DNA of 64,000 nucleotides, from the NCBI GenBank assembly GCA_963785075.1, contig CAWATW010000003.1:70256-134255 (forward strand), read 5' to 3'. The position numbers and the translations under genes are program-made. Origin of the DNA: an uncultured bacterium (GTDB lineage: Bacteria; Actinomycetota; Acidimicrobiia; Spongiisociales; ZC4RG35). A model generated the notes under the pieces. The model saw nothing but the letters and a program-made list of their open reading frames with translations, did no database searches and was not told the DNA's origin. Of this stretch, positions 9,820 through 19,219 are shown piece after piece. Positions within the stretch are counted from its first letter, which is position 1; the number at the start of each line of letters is the position of its first letter.

Positions 9820-11129
9820 TTCATGAAGCGTACTTCCGCGATCTCGGCCAAATGGCCACCATCGGGCGCTTCCGGCAAGTTGGTGATCCAGATCGTCCAC
9901 CATCCGGCGTCTCGAGACGGCAACTGGACGTCTATACCTCCTCCGACTGCGTTCACCCGGCTGACGATCTCCCAATCCCCAGGATCCTCCGGTGCGTCCT
10001 GCGACCATCCGAGCAGGAAGTTGACACCCCTCGTGAGCCCGGCCACCTGGATCTTCGACGCCGGAGCGTCGACCTCGAGGGACACGCCGACGCCGGGCTT
10101 CAGGGCCGGGAACGGATCCAGGTAGCGCTCGGTGCGCCAGACGGTATCGACATCACCATCACTCAGATTGGGGAGGCGTTCGTCGTTCTCTTCGGCTTCG
10201 CCAAAAGGATCGATCGAGCGGGAGGCTGCGATTGCAACCGGTTCCACGGGCGTCGACGTCGAGGACGCCGCCACCACGATGACCGTGCTCGAAGGCAGCA
10301 CCAGTGTGTCACCCCCGGCTTGCGACTCGGGGACCAGGATCGGCGTGCCCGAGTCCGCCAGGAGCAGACGCCCCAGGAACACGAGCGAGGATGCCGCTAC
10401 CACGAGCGTGATGGCCGCCAAGAGGAGACGGCGGGCGAAACGGGGTGACTCGGCCGGAGGCGGAGTCGGGGTGGGTGCCGCCGTGCACTCGTCGGCCAGT
10501 TGTCGAGCGGTCAGGACGCCCATCCGCGCCCGCTGCAGGATGTCGTCGACGACCGGGCTGAACCCGTCCACGATCTCCGACGGTGCCGGCCCACCAGGTG
10601 CTCGCCCGGTCAGACCCTCCTCGAGCGCGGAGGCGAGGGCACGGACGTCGTCGACGGCCGTGTGGGTCACAGGGCTGCGACCGACGCCGCCGAGCTTGGC
10701 GGCGTGTGCAACCGCGTGGAAGAGGCAGCCGGTGTCGATCGCGCCGTGGACGATCCCTTCTGCGTGCAGCGTGGCGAGAGCGTCGGCCAGTCCCGCGGCG
10801 TTCGGAAGGAAGTCCTCGACCGGAATGGTCTCGCCTGACCGGAGCCTGTCGGCGATCGAGATCCCGCCGGTCCACTCCGACACGGCATACACGCCACCCG
10901 GCACCTCGCCTGCCGTGTAGACCCATGTGAAGTGGGGGTGCGACACCGCGGCGGCCCCGCGCACGGATGTCAGGAAGGCAGCGCGGCGCGTTTCGTCGGC
11001 GTCGGGACCGAGGACCCGGATCTCCACGGGTCGGTCGAGACTGCTGTCGGTGGCGAGCCATTGCTCGATGTCGCCATCTCGCCCCAGCCGCACTTCGAGT
11101 CGGAACCGATCAGGGAGCGGTGGCGGCAT
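9816..11129 (-). CDS. Stand-alone pseudokinase-TM-extracellular domain protein (resembles the C-terminal half of mycobacterial MviN/MurJ Rv3910)
   Basis: Kinase-like fold with degenerate motifs (no Gly-loop, VEIRVL instead of VAIK, HGAID instead of HRDLK), a central TM (LLLAAITLVVAASSLVFLG) and an ~190-aa extracellular domain. Adjacent to the sigM-like gene as mviN is in Mtb. Confidence 0.6.
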   Translation of the reverse strand: MPPPLPDRFRLEVRLGRDGDIEQWLATDSSLDRPVEIRVLGPDADETRRAAFLTSVRGAAAVSHPHFTWVYTAGEVPGGVYAVSEWTGGISIADRLRSGETIPVEDFLPNAAGLADALATLHAEGIVHGAIDTGCLFHAVAHAAKLGGVGRSPVTHTAVDDVRALASALEEGLTGRAPGGPAPSEIVDGFSPVVDDILQRARMGVLTARQLADECTAAPTPTPPPAESPRFARRLLLAAITLVVAASSLVFLGRLLLADSGTPILVPESQAGGDTLVLPSSTVIVVAASSTSTPVEPVAIAASRSIDPFGEAEENDERLPNLSDGDVDTVWRTERYLDPFPALKPGVGVSLEVDAPASKIQVAGLTRGVNFLLGWSQDAPEDPGDWEIVSRVNAVGGGIDVQLPSRDAGWWTIWITNLPEAPDGGHLAEIAEVRFMK

Positions 11130-11959
11130 CAGGTGGTCATGTAGGCGACGCCGATCGTCCCAGGACCGGTGTGCGTTCCCACAACAGGACCGAGCTCGGC
11201 GACGAGCGGCTCGACGTCGGGGACGACAGCCCGTATCGCTCCTTCGAACTCGTCCGCATCGGTGGCGCTCCCATGCAGGATCGCCACCGCGGTCACCGTC
11301 GGAGCGACCTCGGCGATCTTGCTGGTGAGCGCGGCCAGCGCCTTGGAGCGGGTGCGCACCCTGCCCGCCGCAGCGACCACGCCGTCCTGCAGAGTGATGA
11401 ACGGCTTGAGGTCGAGGATGCCGCCGAGGAATGCTGCAGCGCCTCCGATCCGACCGCCCCTCTTCAAGAACTCCAATGTGTCCAGCGCAGCAAGGATCGT
11501 CGTCTTGTCCCGCGCCTCGATCACGGCGTCGGCCACCGAGTCGAGGTCACCGCCCGCTTCTGCTGCCTCGGCGCCGGCGAGCACCTGAAGCGCCACCGCC
11601 ACGGTCGCGGTTCGGGAGTCGACCACCTTGACCGGAAGCGACGCCTGCTCTGCGCCGAGCACTGCCGCCTGGTAGGTGGCGGATATCTCCGACGACAGAC
11701 ACACGCACACGGCGCCGTCTGCGCCGCCGGCGGCCAACCGGTCAAAGGTCTCCCGAAAGGCGCCGGCGCTGGGTGCAGAGGTCTCGGGTAGCGACTTGGA
11801 GCCGCGGAGCTTCTCCCAGAATTCATGGGGCGTGAGATCCTGACCATCGATGTACTCGTCTGCACCAAAACGGATGGTGAGGGGAACCACGGAGATGCCA
11901 TGACGGTCGACGAGGTCGGCCGGAAGGTCCGCCGAGCTATCGGTCACAAGCCTGATCAC
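11129..11959 (-). CDS. DegV family fatty-acid-binding protein
   Basis: DegV N-terminal motif MIRLVTDSSADLP...GISVVPLTI. Confidence 0.85.
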   Translation of the reverse strand: MIRLVTDSSADLPADLVDRHGISVVPLTIRFGADEYIDGQDLTPHEFWEKLRGSKSLPETSAPSAGAFRETFDRLAAGGADGAVCVCLSSEISATYQAAVLGAEQASLPVKVVDSRTATVAVALQVLAGAEAAEAGGDLDSVADAVIEARDKTTILAALDTLEFLKRGGRIGGAAAFLGGILDLKPFITLQDGVVAAAGRVRTRSKALAALTSKIAEVAPTVTAVAILHGSATDADEFEGAIRAVVPDVEPLVAELGPVVGTHTGPGTIGVAYMTT

Positions 11960-11983
11960 GAGTGCGCATCCTCTAGTTGGGCG

Positions 11984-12676
11984 TCATCGATGATGGTCGT
12001 TCAGCGTACGCCGTGTCGCCAGTAGCACGTTCAATCGGTCGGGGAGGGTGACGAACCCTTCGGATCGGTAGAGGCTCGCGGCGCGTTCGTTCTCGGGCTG
12101 TGTGTTGAGGAGCATGGCACGAGCCCCGGCCGACCGCGCCCATGTCATCGCCGCTCTCAAGAGCTCTCGTCCGACTCCGCGCCCTCCGTGTTCGGGATTC
12201 ACCGCGATGCGCTGGAGATATCCGGTGGAACCGGTGACACCGACGATGGCGAAGCCCTGCACCGGCTCGGGCTCGGAAACCAAGAGTCTGGAGCGCACGG
12301 TTGCGGTCAGTGCGTCCTGCAGTCCCATCCGCCCGATCTGCCAGTCGGGATCGAAGGCCTGGCGGTCGATCGGTACGGCCTCGTCGATCTGCCCGGTTCG
12401 AACGGCGATCCGGGCTTCGGTGATCGGGCGTGCAAGACTGCGTTCCATGAGCAGCAGCTGGCGACCGGGTGAAAAACCTGCTCCTTCCCACACTCCGCGG
12501 CCATGGTTGTGGACCGGTGACGACCAAACCGCCGGTGCACCGAGTTCGAACAATCGATCCGCGCAGGCACGCACGAAATCGGCTGAACCGCGTTCGAGCC
12601 GGAGCGTCGCAGCACGGTCGACATCGTTGAGCGGCCGGGCCACCGCCTTCGACCAGCCGGAACGCAATGTCACCAT
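11984..12676 (-). CDS. GNAT family N-acetyltransferase
   Basis: C-terminal GNAT motif A (QRIAVNPEHGGRGVGRELLRAA). Start ATG at 12676. The upstream 609-aa ORF extension is antisense to the HDAC gene and rejected. Confidence 0.7.
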   Translation of the reverse strand: MVTLRSGWSKAVARPLNDVDRAATLRLERGSADFVRACADRLFELGAPAVWSSPVHNHGRGVWEGAGFSPGRQLLLMERSLARPITEARIAVRTGQIDEAVPIDRQAFDPDWQIGRMGLQDALTATVRSRLLVSEPEPVQGFAIVGVTGSTGYLQRIAVNPEHGGRGVGRELLRAAMTWARSAGARAMLLNTQPENERAASLYRSEGFVTLPDRLNVLLATRRTLNDHHR

Positions 12677-12754
12677 CCCGGGCCAATCACCCCGGACGGA
12701 CACGCCTGCGAGCCTGGTCAAAGGAACCTCATGACCCTGGCAAAGTAGCGGGTC

Positions 12755-13765
12755 GTGGAGGTCATCTACTACACGCACGAGATCTTCTCCCGTCATGAGA
12801 CGGGGAGCTGGCACCCTGAACGACCGGCGCGACTGGAGGCCGCGGAGCGCGGCGTCACCACCTCGGGGCTGGTGGTCCACCGTGTTCTGCCGTCCGAGGT
12901 CGACCGATCGGTCCTCGAGCTCGTCCACCGGCCGGAGTACGTGCGAGCGATAGAGCGGTTCTGTCGGGGTGGAGGAGGGGCTCTGGACCCCGACACCGTT
13001 GCGGGGCCGGACTCCTGGGAGGCGGCCACGCGGTCGGCCGGCGCCGGAGTGGATGCGGTGAGAGCCATGAGCGACAAACCGGGCGCTACGGCCTTCCTCG
13101 CCGTCCGCCCGCCGGGACATCACGCCCTGTCGAACCGTGCCATGGGTTTCTGCCTCTTCAACAACGTCGGTGTCACCGCTGCGTTCCTGCGTCAGAGGGG
13201 AGAGCGGGTGATGGTGGTGGACTGGGACGTCCATCACGGCAACGGAACCCAGGAGATGTTCGAAGAGGCTCGTGAGGTGCTGTACCTCAGCATTCATCAG
13301 TACCCGTTCTATCCCGGTGGAGGAGCACTCGACGAGATCGGCACGGGAGAGGGGGAAGGCACGGTGATCAACGTCCCGATGCCGGCCGGCACCGGCGGTG
13401 ACGTCTACCAGGCGACCTTCGAACGCATCGTGACGCCCGTCATCAGTCAGTTCGCCCCCGACTGGATTCTCGTGAGCGCCGGGTACGACGCCCACGAGTC
13501 GGACCCGCTCGCCGAGCAGCGTCTGCTCGCCCCCGACTATGGCTTCATGGCGGCGAGACTGTCGAGCATGATCCCTCCCAATCGGATCATCACCTTTCTC
13601 GAAGGCGGGTACCACCTCCCGGCGATCACCACTTCCGTGTCGGCGACGTTGCGTGGGTACGCGGGGGATGAGGAGCAAACCACGACGCGCCGCTCGCCGT
13701 CGGTGTCGTGGGAAGCCCTCGAGGAGGCCGTGGCCATGACCGCCCGGCACTGGAAGGTGACGTGA
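12755..13765 (+). CDS. Histone deacetylase family protein (acetoin utilisation AcuC / acetylpolyamine amidohydrolase-like)
   Basis: HDAC signatures: HPERPERL-like N-terminus, GFCLFNNVGV, DWDVHHGNGTQEMF and an Asp/His zinc-binding pattern. Confidence 0.85.
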   Translation: MEVIYYTHEIFSRHETGSWHPERPARLEAAERGVTTSGLVVHRVLPSEVDRSVLELVHRPEYVRAIERFCRGGGGALDPDTVAGPDSWEAATRSAGAGVDAVRAMSDKPGATAFLAVRPPGHHALSNRAMGFCLFNNVGVTAAFLRQRGERVMVVDWDVHHGNGTQEMFEEAREVLYLSIHQYPFYPGGGALDEIGTGEGEGTVINVPMPAGTGGDVYQATFERIVTPVISQFAPDWILVSAGYDAHESDPLAEQRLLAPDYGFMAARLSSMIPPNRIITFLEGGYHLPAITTSVSATLRGYAGDEEQTTTRRSPSVSWEALEEAVAMTARHWKVT

Positions 13766-14484
13766 CTTCGGCGGTTCGGGATCGGGGCTACCCGACGTCG
13801 GGCAACGGGGCATCTTCGTTTCATCTGTGGTGGGTGGACGTTCCCCCTTGCGCCGAGGTCGAAGTCACTCTGACCGTCGAGTGGGAGCCCAAGATCGACC
13901 GGCTCTGCTTCTGGGCCCTGCAGGTATCCTTCGGCGACGGGCTCTCGAGAACGGGCGGCGCTCATCTCGGCTTCCAGTGGAATCCGAAGTTTCCGCGGTC
14001 CAGGGCGGTGAACTGGGGTGGATACTCTGCGGCCGGGAGGATCCTCGACGGCACCGAGTCACCGCTGCCATCCACACCCGCCGATCGCAACACGCGTGAT
14101 TTCACCTGGGAGCCGGGCGTTCCGTATCGCCTGCGGATAGCGCCCGCCGAGCAGGGATGGTGGGCCGGCACGGTTCGGGATCCGGGTGGCGAAGTGGTGG
14201 AGGTGCGTCGCCTGCATGGGGGCGGCGACCGGTTGGAGGCACCAGTGGTCTGGTCCGAGGTCTTTGCGCGGTGTGACGACGAGTCGGTCTCGGCCCGGTG
14301 GGAGCATCCGGGGTATCTGCTGCAGGAGGGCTGGTCGGCGCCGACGCACTATCAGGTGAACTACCAATCCGTCGAGCGGGGTGGCTGTTCGAACACGTCG
14401 GTGCGGCTTGCGGGATCCGGTGTCGCTCAGGTCACGAACACGATGCGCACCACCGCCGACGGCGAGAAGGTTCCCGTCGACTGA
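13762..14484 (+). CDS. Hypothetical protein (no recognisable domain), translationally coupled to the HDAC gene
   Basis: GTG start overlaps the HDAC stop (GTGA). 240 aa, soluble, Trp-rich, no TM. Confidence 0.45.
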   Translation: MTSAVRDRGYPTSGNGASSFHLWWVDVPPCAEVEVTLTVEWEPKIDRLCFWALQVSFGDGLSRTGGAHLGFQWNPKFPRSRAVNWGGYSAAGRILDGTESPLPSTPADRNTRDFTWEPGVPYRLRIAPAEQGWWAGTVRDPGGEVVEVRRLHGGGDRLEAPVVWSEVFARCDDESVSARWEHPGYLLQEGWSAPTHYQVNYQSVERGGCSNTSVRLAGSGVAQVTNTMRTTADGEKVPVD

Positions 14485-14496
14485 ACGGCTGCGGCC

Positions 14497-14513
14497 GGCC
14501 ACATGGTGTGGCC
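14497..14513 (+). terminator. Hairpin GGCCACA-TGG-TGTGGCC after the hypothetical gene
   Basis: Perfect 7-bp stem directly after the stop. No T-tract, so only terminator-like. Confidence 0.3.
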
Positions 14514-14604
14514 AATTGGCCCATTTGGTCGGGCGGGTTCAAGTTTGGACCCGGTTGGTGCCGATTCACCGATCAGTTGTGTCTTCCCACAGGAGTGTCA
14601 ACAA

Positions 14605-15684
14605 ATGGCCATGACCCTTGACGAGCTGCTGCGCCGTGCCGTAGAAGCCCGCGCATCAGACATCCACCTCAAGGTCGGGTCTCCACCCGTCATCCGGGTG
14701 GACGGCGAACTCGAGCGGATGAGCGATCTGCCGGCGCTTCGCCCCAAGGACACGGAGGCGATCGCCAACAGCATCTTCACGCCGCGGGTCGCGGAGGTCT
14801 TTGCGGACCGCAACGAAGTCGACTTCGCGATCGGACGACATGACCTCGGCAGGTTCCGGGTCAACGCCTACCGCCAGCGAGGTTCGGTCAGCGTGGTCAT
14901 GCGTCGCGTGGTGCCCGGCGTGCCGAGCATCGAGCGTCTCGGACTCCCTCCCATCGTTCGCAAGCTCGCCACGGAGCAGAAGGGCCTCTTACTCATCACC
15001 GGGCCTTCCGGTTCTGGTCGGACCACGACGCTGGCCGCCATCGTCGAGCACATCAACGCCACTCGGGCCGTCGCCATCGTCACGGTCGAGGATCCCATCG
15101 AGGTGCTCTTTCCCGACAAGCTGGCGGTTGTGACCCAGCGCGAGATCGGCGTGGACACAGAGTCGTATGGTGAAGCGATCCGCAGGGCGATGCGCCAAGA
15201 CGCAGACGTCCTCATGCTGTCTGAGATCACCGACGTCGAGACGGCCGCTGCCGCCATCGGCGCGGCCGAGACCGGCCACCTTGTGCTGGCTGCGATGCAC
15301 ACCGCCGATCCAGCCGACACCGTCCAGCGTTTCGTCAACTTCTTCCCGACTCCGATGCAGAGCACGGTGCGCTCACAGCTCGGCGCCTATCTGAAGGGCG
15401 TCATCTCGCAGCGGCTCATCGACGCGACCAATGGCGGACGGGTGCTGGCGGCCGAGGTGCTGACCGGCAACAACCGCATCGCCGAGCTGCTGGCGAGCGA
15501 GGCACGGGCGGATGCCTTCCTCGAGATGATGAAGGAGAGCGAGTTCTTCGGAATGCAGACGTTCGACCAAGCCGTGCTGAACCTGGTGAAGGAACAACGC
15601 GTCGAGATCTCCACCGCTCTGCCGTTCGTACGCAACTCCCACGAGTTCCGGGCCAAGGCGATGGAAGCCGGCATCGAAGTCTGA
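14605..15684 (+). CDS. pilT: Type IV pilus retraction ATPase PilT-like (orphan)
   Basis: Walker A GPSGSGRTTTLAA, Asp box DPIE, Walker B DVLMLSEI and His box LVLAAMHT. No other pilus genes in the window. Confidence 0.85.
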   Translation: MAMTLDELLRRAVEARASDIHLKVGSPPVIRVDGELERMSDLPALRPKDTEAIANSIFTPRVAEVFADRNEVDFAIGRHDLGRFRVNAYRQRGSVSVVMRRVVPGVPSIERLGLPPIVRKLATEQKGLLLITGPSGSGRTTTLAAIVEHINATRAVAIVTVEDPIEVLFPDKLAVVTQREIGVDTESYGEAIRRAMRQDADVLMLSEITDVETAAAAIGAAETGHLVLAAMHTADPADTVQRFVNFFPTPMQSTVRSQLGAYLKGVISQRLIDATNGGRVLAAEVLTGNNRIAELLASEARADAFLEMMKESEFFGMQTFDQAVLNLVKEQRVEISTALPFVRNSHEFRAKAMEAGIEV

Positions 15685-15691
15685 GACCAGA

Positions 15692-15734
15692 CCCGAACCC
15701 AGGGTTAAGGTCCGCCAAAATGGCGGACCACAGC
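15692..15734 (-). repeat. 41-bp REP-like hairpin element (copy 1, inverted): ...GGTCCGCCAAAATGGCGGACC...
   Basis: Its reverse complement aligns ~38/41 with 21663-21703. Contains a perfect 8-bp stem GGTCCGCC/GGCGGACC. Lies 8 bp after the pilT stop and may double as a terminator. Confidence 0.6.
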
Positions 15735-15949
15735 CCACAGAACGCCATCGGGCGGAACGAGTGGGAGCCCGGGTGGACAATTGGAGGGACGTCTCCAGCG
15801 TGACCGGCTCAAACCCTCGATGCCGGCGCTCTCGGGTAGTCACACCCGGGCTCGTTGGTTCGAGCATACCGACGACACGCCCCGTTGTATTGGGCCTGAT
15901 GCCTCTTTCGGCTGGTTTCGTGGTGTGATCGGCCGGTAGCCTGTGTGCC

Positions 15950-17362
15950 ATGATCCCCGACCGCCTTCGTTGGTTGGTCGAGCCGGGGAGCGCGCCGGTG
16001 GAGCTCGGTGAAAGGTTCGGCGCCGCTGGGAGCGAGTTGTTCCTGGTGGGTGGGTCCGTTCGCGATGCCTTCCTCGGTCGCGAGAGTCCCGACCTCGATT
16101 TCACCACCGACGCTCGTCCAGACCAGATCAAACGATTGGTCTCCGGCTGGGCCGACGCCGTGTACACGATGGGCGAGGCTTTCGGAACGATCGGTGCTCG
16201 CAAGGGTGACGCGACCTTCGAGATCACAACGTTCCGAGCCGAGGTCTACCGCGAGGATTCACGCAAGCCCCACGTGACCTTCTCCAACGACATCGAGGAG
16301 GATCTGTCACGGCGGGACTTCACGGTCAACGCCATGGCGCTCCGCATTCCCGACGCCGAGCTGATCGATCCCAATGGGGGAGTCGTGGATCTGGCGAAGA
16401 AGCTGTTGCGCACGCCACTCGACCCCCACATCTCATTCTCGGATGATCCCCTTCGAATGCTGAGGCTGTTCCGGTTCCAGGCCACGCTCGGTTTCACGCC
16501 GGACGAGGCCGCGGTGCAGGCGGTCGAGGAGATGGCCGAGCGGCTGGACATCGTGTCCGCAGAGCGAATCCGCGACGAGTTCTCCAAGCTGGTCGTGGCC
16601 GAAGACCCGGGGCCGGCACTGGTGGGCCTTGTGAGGTCGGGCCTCGCCGACAGGTTCATCCCCGAGCTGAGCCGTCTCGAGATGGAGATGGATCCGCATC
16701 ATCGCCACAAGGATGTGCTCGCCCACACGATCGCCGTCACTCAGAAGGCCGCCGAGGATCGAGAGCCATCCGACCGGCTGCGCCTTCGGTTGGCGGCGTT
16801 GCTTCACGACGTCGGCAAGCCAGACACCCGTCGCTTCGTCAAAGGTGGGGTCACCTTCCATCACCACGAGGTGGTCGGAGCGCGGATGGCCCGTGACCGG
16901 CTTCGGGCACTGCGGTATCCCAAGGAGATGATCGACCAGGTGTCGGAGCTCGTGTTCCTCCATCTCCGGCCTCACACCCTGAAGATGGGGTGGACCGACT
17001 CGGCCGTCCGGCGCTACGTCCGCGATGCGGGTGAGGTCCTCGGGGATCTCAACGAACTGGTCCGTTGTGACGTGACCACGGCCAACCAGAAGCGGGCCAA
17101 CACGATTCAGAAGCGCATCGACGAGCTCGAGAAACGGATAGCGGAACTGGCAGCACAGGAGGAGATCTCCAAGTTGCGGGCTCCGATCAACGGCAACGAC
17201 GTGATGCAGTACCTGGGAATCGGCCCGGGACCTCACGTCGGCGAGATCATGGACATCCTTCTCGAGAAGCGGATCGACGACGGTCCCTACTCGGACGACG
17301 AGGCGTACCAGATCGTACGCGAGTGGGCAGTGGAAAAAGGGTTCGATCTTCCTGAGGGTTGA
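15950..17362 (+). CDS. cca: CCA tRNA nucleotidyltransferase / poly(A) polymerase family with HD domain
   Basis: PolyA_pol head motif LVGGSVRDAFLGRESPDLDFTT and an HD motif in the C-terminal half (AALLHDVGKP). Confidence 0.85.
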   Translation: MIPDRLRWLVEPGSAPVELGERFGAAGSELFLVGGSVRDAFLGRESPDLDFTTDARPDQIKRLVSGWADAVYTMGEAFGTIGARKGDATFEITTFRAEVYREDSRKPHVTFSNDIEEDLSRRDFTVNAMALRIPDAELIDPNGGVVDLAKKLLRTPLDPHISFSDDPLRMLRLFRFQATLGFTPDEAAVQAVEEMAERLDIVSAERIRDEFSKLVVAEDPGPALVGLVRSGLADRFIPELSRLEMEMDPHHRHKDVLAHTIAVTQKAAEDREPSDRLRLRLAALLHDVGKPDTRRFVKGGVTFHHHEVVGARMARDRLRALRYPKEMIDQVSELVFLHLRPHTLKMGWTDSAVRRYVRDAGEVLGDLNELVRCDVTTANQKRANTIQKRIDELEKRIAELAAQEEISKLRAPINGNDVMQYLGIGPGPHVGEIMDILLEKRIDDGPYSDDEAYQIVREWAVEKGFDLPEG

Positions 17363-17508
17363 GCGTTTCGATCGGTTTTGCGCTCAGCGGCGACCCGAAC
17401 CGTCGGAAGCCGGAAACGTCTCACAGACGCACAACGACATCTGCAGGTCGACCGGTTCCTGTCGCGATCGCTTGGGAACTCGGATCCGATGTGCGACGCT
17501 TGAAGGTG

Positions 17509-19209
17509 ATGAAGCGTGCGGACGGCAGCGTCGGCCGTGGGCCGGGGCCAGTGTTCGGGGCGGTGATCGCCGTGGCGACCATGGTCGCTGTGGTTGCGGT
17601 CGTCGCGCGCCCATCCGGGCCGCCAGCCTCGACCTCGAACGGAACGTTGTTGGAACCGCCCACCGAGCCGTCTTCGAGCCGGGCTCCGCTCGCTCAGCAG
17701 TCGGGACTCTCCACGGGAGCAGGCCCCTCACCCGAACCGGTCGGATCCACTTGGAGCGTCATCCTCGCAGCGTTGCCCGACGGGACACCCTTCGAAGTCC
17801 ACCTCTATCGGATGTCGCAACGGTCGATAGAGGTCGAGTCCATCAGTGCCGCCATCGTGATCGAAGGAACGGATGGCTCCTCCGACCGGTTCCTCTCCAC
17901 CAGCTTCCGACGGGGCGCTTCGGCCGCAGGCGAGGTGAGCTTCGAAGCGGGCGACTGGATCGTGGGGATCGACGTCGGCGACGAAACGAGATCGTCACTC
18001 GGTGACGGCTGGGCGGGGATGATCAGAGATCACATCACCGCAACTGACGTCAACGGGTATCCAGTCCTCGACCTCCGCCCTCCGTTCCGGTTTGCGCTCG
18101 ACGACGAGCTGCCGCTCGCCATGGAGGTCTCATTCGGCGATTTCGTGGTTCGGCGAGGCTGTGGGGATCTCGCCCTCAACTGCAGCGAGACCGGGGCAGT
18201 CGAACTGGTTTCGATCGATCGCCTCGTGGCGCCGGCGCCGGAGGTGGAACTCGAAGAGGCGTGGATCTACTCGACTGCGCCGCGCCCCGCCGACCAGGCC
18301 TTCGACCCCGGTCCGTTGACTCCCAGGTGGCGGCCGATCGTCTCGTGGACTGGTGAGGAGTTGATCGTCTACGGAGGACGACAGGACGACTACCCACAGC
18401 GGCTCACGGATGGCGCGGTCTTCGATCCGAGCACGGGTGCTTGGCGTCTCATGCCGGAGCCGCCTGAGGGGACCGGGTCCACCGTCGGTGGATGGGTGGA
18501 GGAGAACATGGTGGTCCTCTCCGACGACGTGACCATGGCGTTCGATCCCCGCACGATGAGCTGGACACCAATCGCCGGCGGTGTCCCCGGCGTCACCGAC
18601 GTGGTGTACGACGGCGAGCGGTTCGTGGCTTGGGGTGAAGGCGCGTTCGCGCTCGATGACGGCTCCGACTCGTGGACCGAGATCAAACCGCTCCCCGAGG
18701 ACCTCGACGACTCGCAGCGCACACTGCGCGCCACCGAAGGTCGGGTCTACGCCCTCGGGGCTTGGGAGACCACGTGTCGTGAATTCCTGCAGTGGCGCCT
18801 CGACGGCGACAGATGGGTGTCTCTGCCAGAGCGCCCACCGCCCCCGTCCGAGCATGCGCCGTGCAACTTTCCTCGCGACTCGGCCGTGGTTGCGGGCAAC
18901 CTGCTCAGGTGGGAGAACCGCGAACACTACGCGGCGCTCTACGATGCTGCAACCGACCGATGGCGCCCGGTCCCACCGCCCCCGATCGGGGAATGTGAAG
19001 GGGGCTCGGGCTTCGTTCGACTCGACAACCGGCTGCTCGTGTACTCCTGTGGCAGCGCCGCCATCCTGGATCTCGGAACGTTCAGGTGGCGCGAACTCGG
19101 TGTGCCCGGATGGATCTACGACGGCAACGCCGTGTGGACCGGGACCGAGGTGTTGGCTTGGTCGGGCTCGGAAGTACTCGACGCCTGGCGTTGGACACCG
19201 CCGGACTGA
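17509..19209 (+). CDS. Membrane-anchored protein with C-terminal Kelch-like beta-propeller repeats, hypothetical
   Basis: N-terminal TM (VFGAVIAVATMVAVVAVVA) and repeated W/Y-containing blades in the C-terminal 300 aa. Convergent with the anti-sigma-like gene (10-bp gap). Confidence 0.55.
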   Translation: MKRADGSVGRGPGPVFGAVIAVATMVAVVAVVARPSGPPASTSNGTLLEPPTEPSSSRAPLAQQSGLSTGAGPSPEPVGSTWSVILAALPDGTPFEVHLYRMSQRSIEVESISAAIVIEGTDGSSDRFLSTSFRRGASAAGEVSFEAGDWIVGIDVGDETRSSLGDGWAGMIRDHITATDVNGYPVLDLRPPFRFALDDELPLAMEVSFGDFVVRRGCGDLALNCSETGAVELVSIDRLVAPAPEVELEEAWIYSTAPRPADQAFDPGPLTPRWRPIVSWTGEELIVYGGRQDDYPQRLTDGAVFDPSTGAWRLMPEPPEGTGSTVGGWVEENMVVLSDDVTMAFDPRTMSWTPIAGGVPGVTDVVYDGERFVAWGEGAFALDDGSDSWTEIKPLPEDLDDSQRTLRATEGRVYALGAWETTCREFLQWRLDGDRWVSLPERPPPPSEHAPCNFPRDSAVVAGNLLRWENREHYAALYDAATDRWRPVPPPPIGECEGGSGFVRLDNRLLVYSCGSAAILDLGTFRWRELGVPGWIYDGNAVWTGTEVLAWSGSEVLDAWRWTPPD

Positions 19210-19219
19210 GCCTGGCACC

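Noticed and set aside
11984-13813. 609-aa minus-strand ORF
   Set aside because: Only the C-terminal 230 aa (GNAT domain) is credible. The upstream 380 codons are antisense to the HDAC gene and look like translated antisense sequence.
15735-15949. Possible small RNA in the 265-bp pilT-cca spacer
   Set aside because: No conserved motif recognised by eye (not 6S, tmRNA or RNase P-like). Would need Rfam or RNA-seq. Left uncalled.
15373-16227. 284-aa minus-strand ORF
   Set aside because: Spans the pilT 3' end, the REP-like element and the cca start. Composition is low-complexity. cca and pilT are strongly supported instead.
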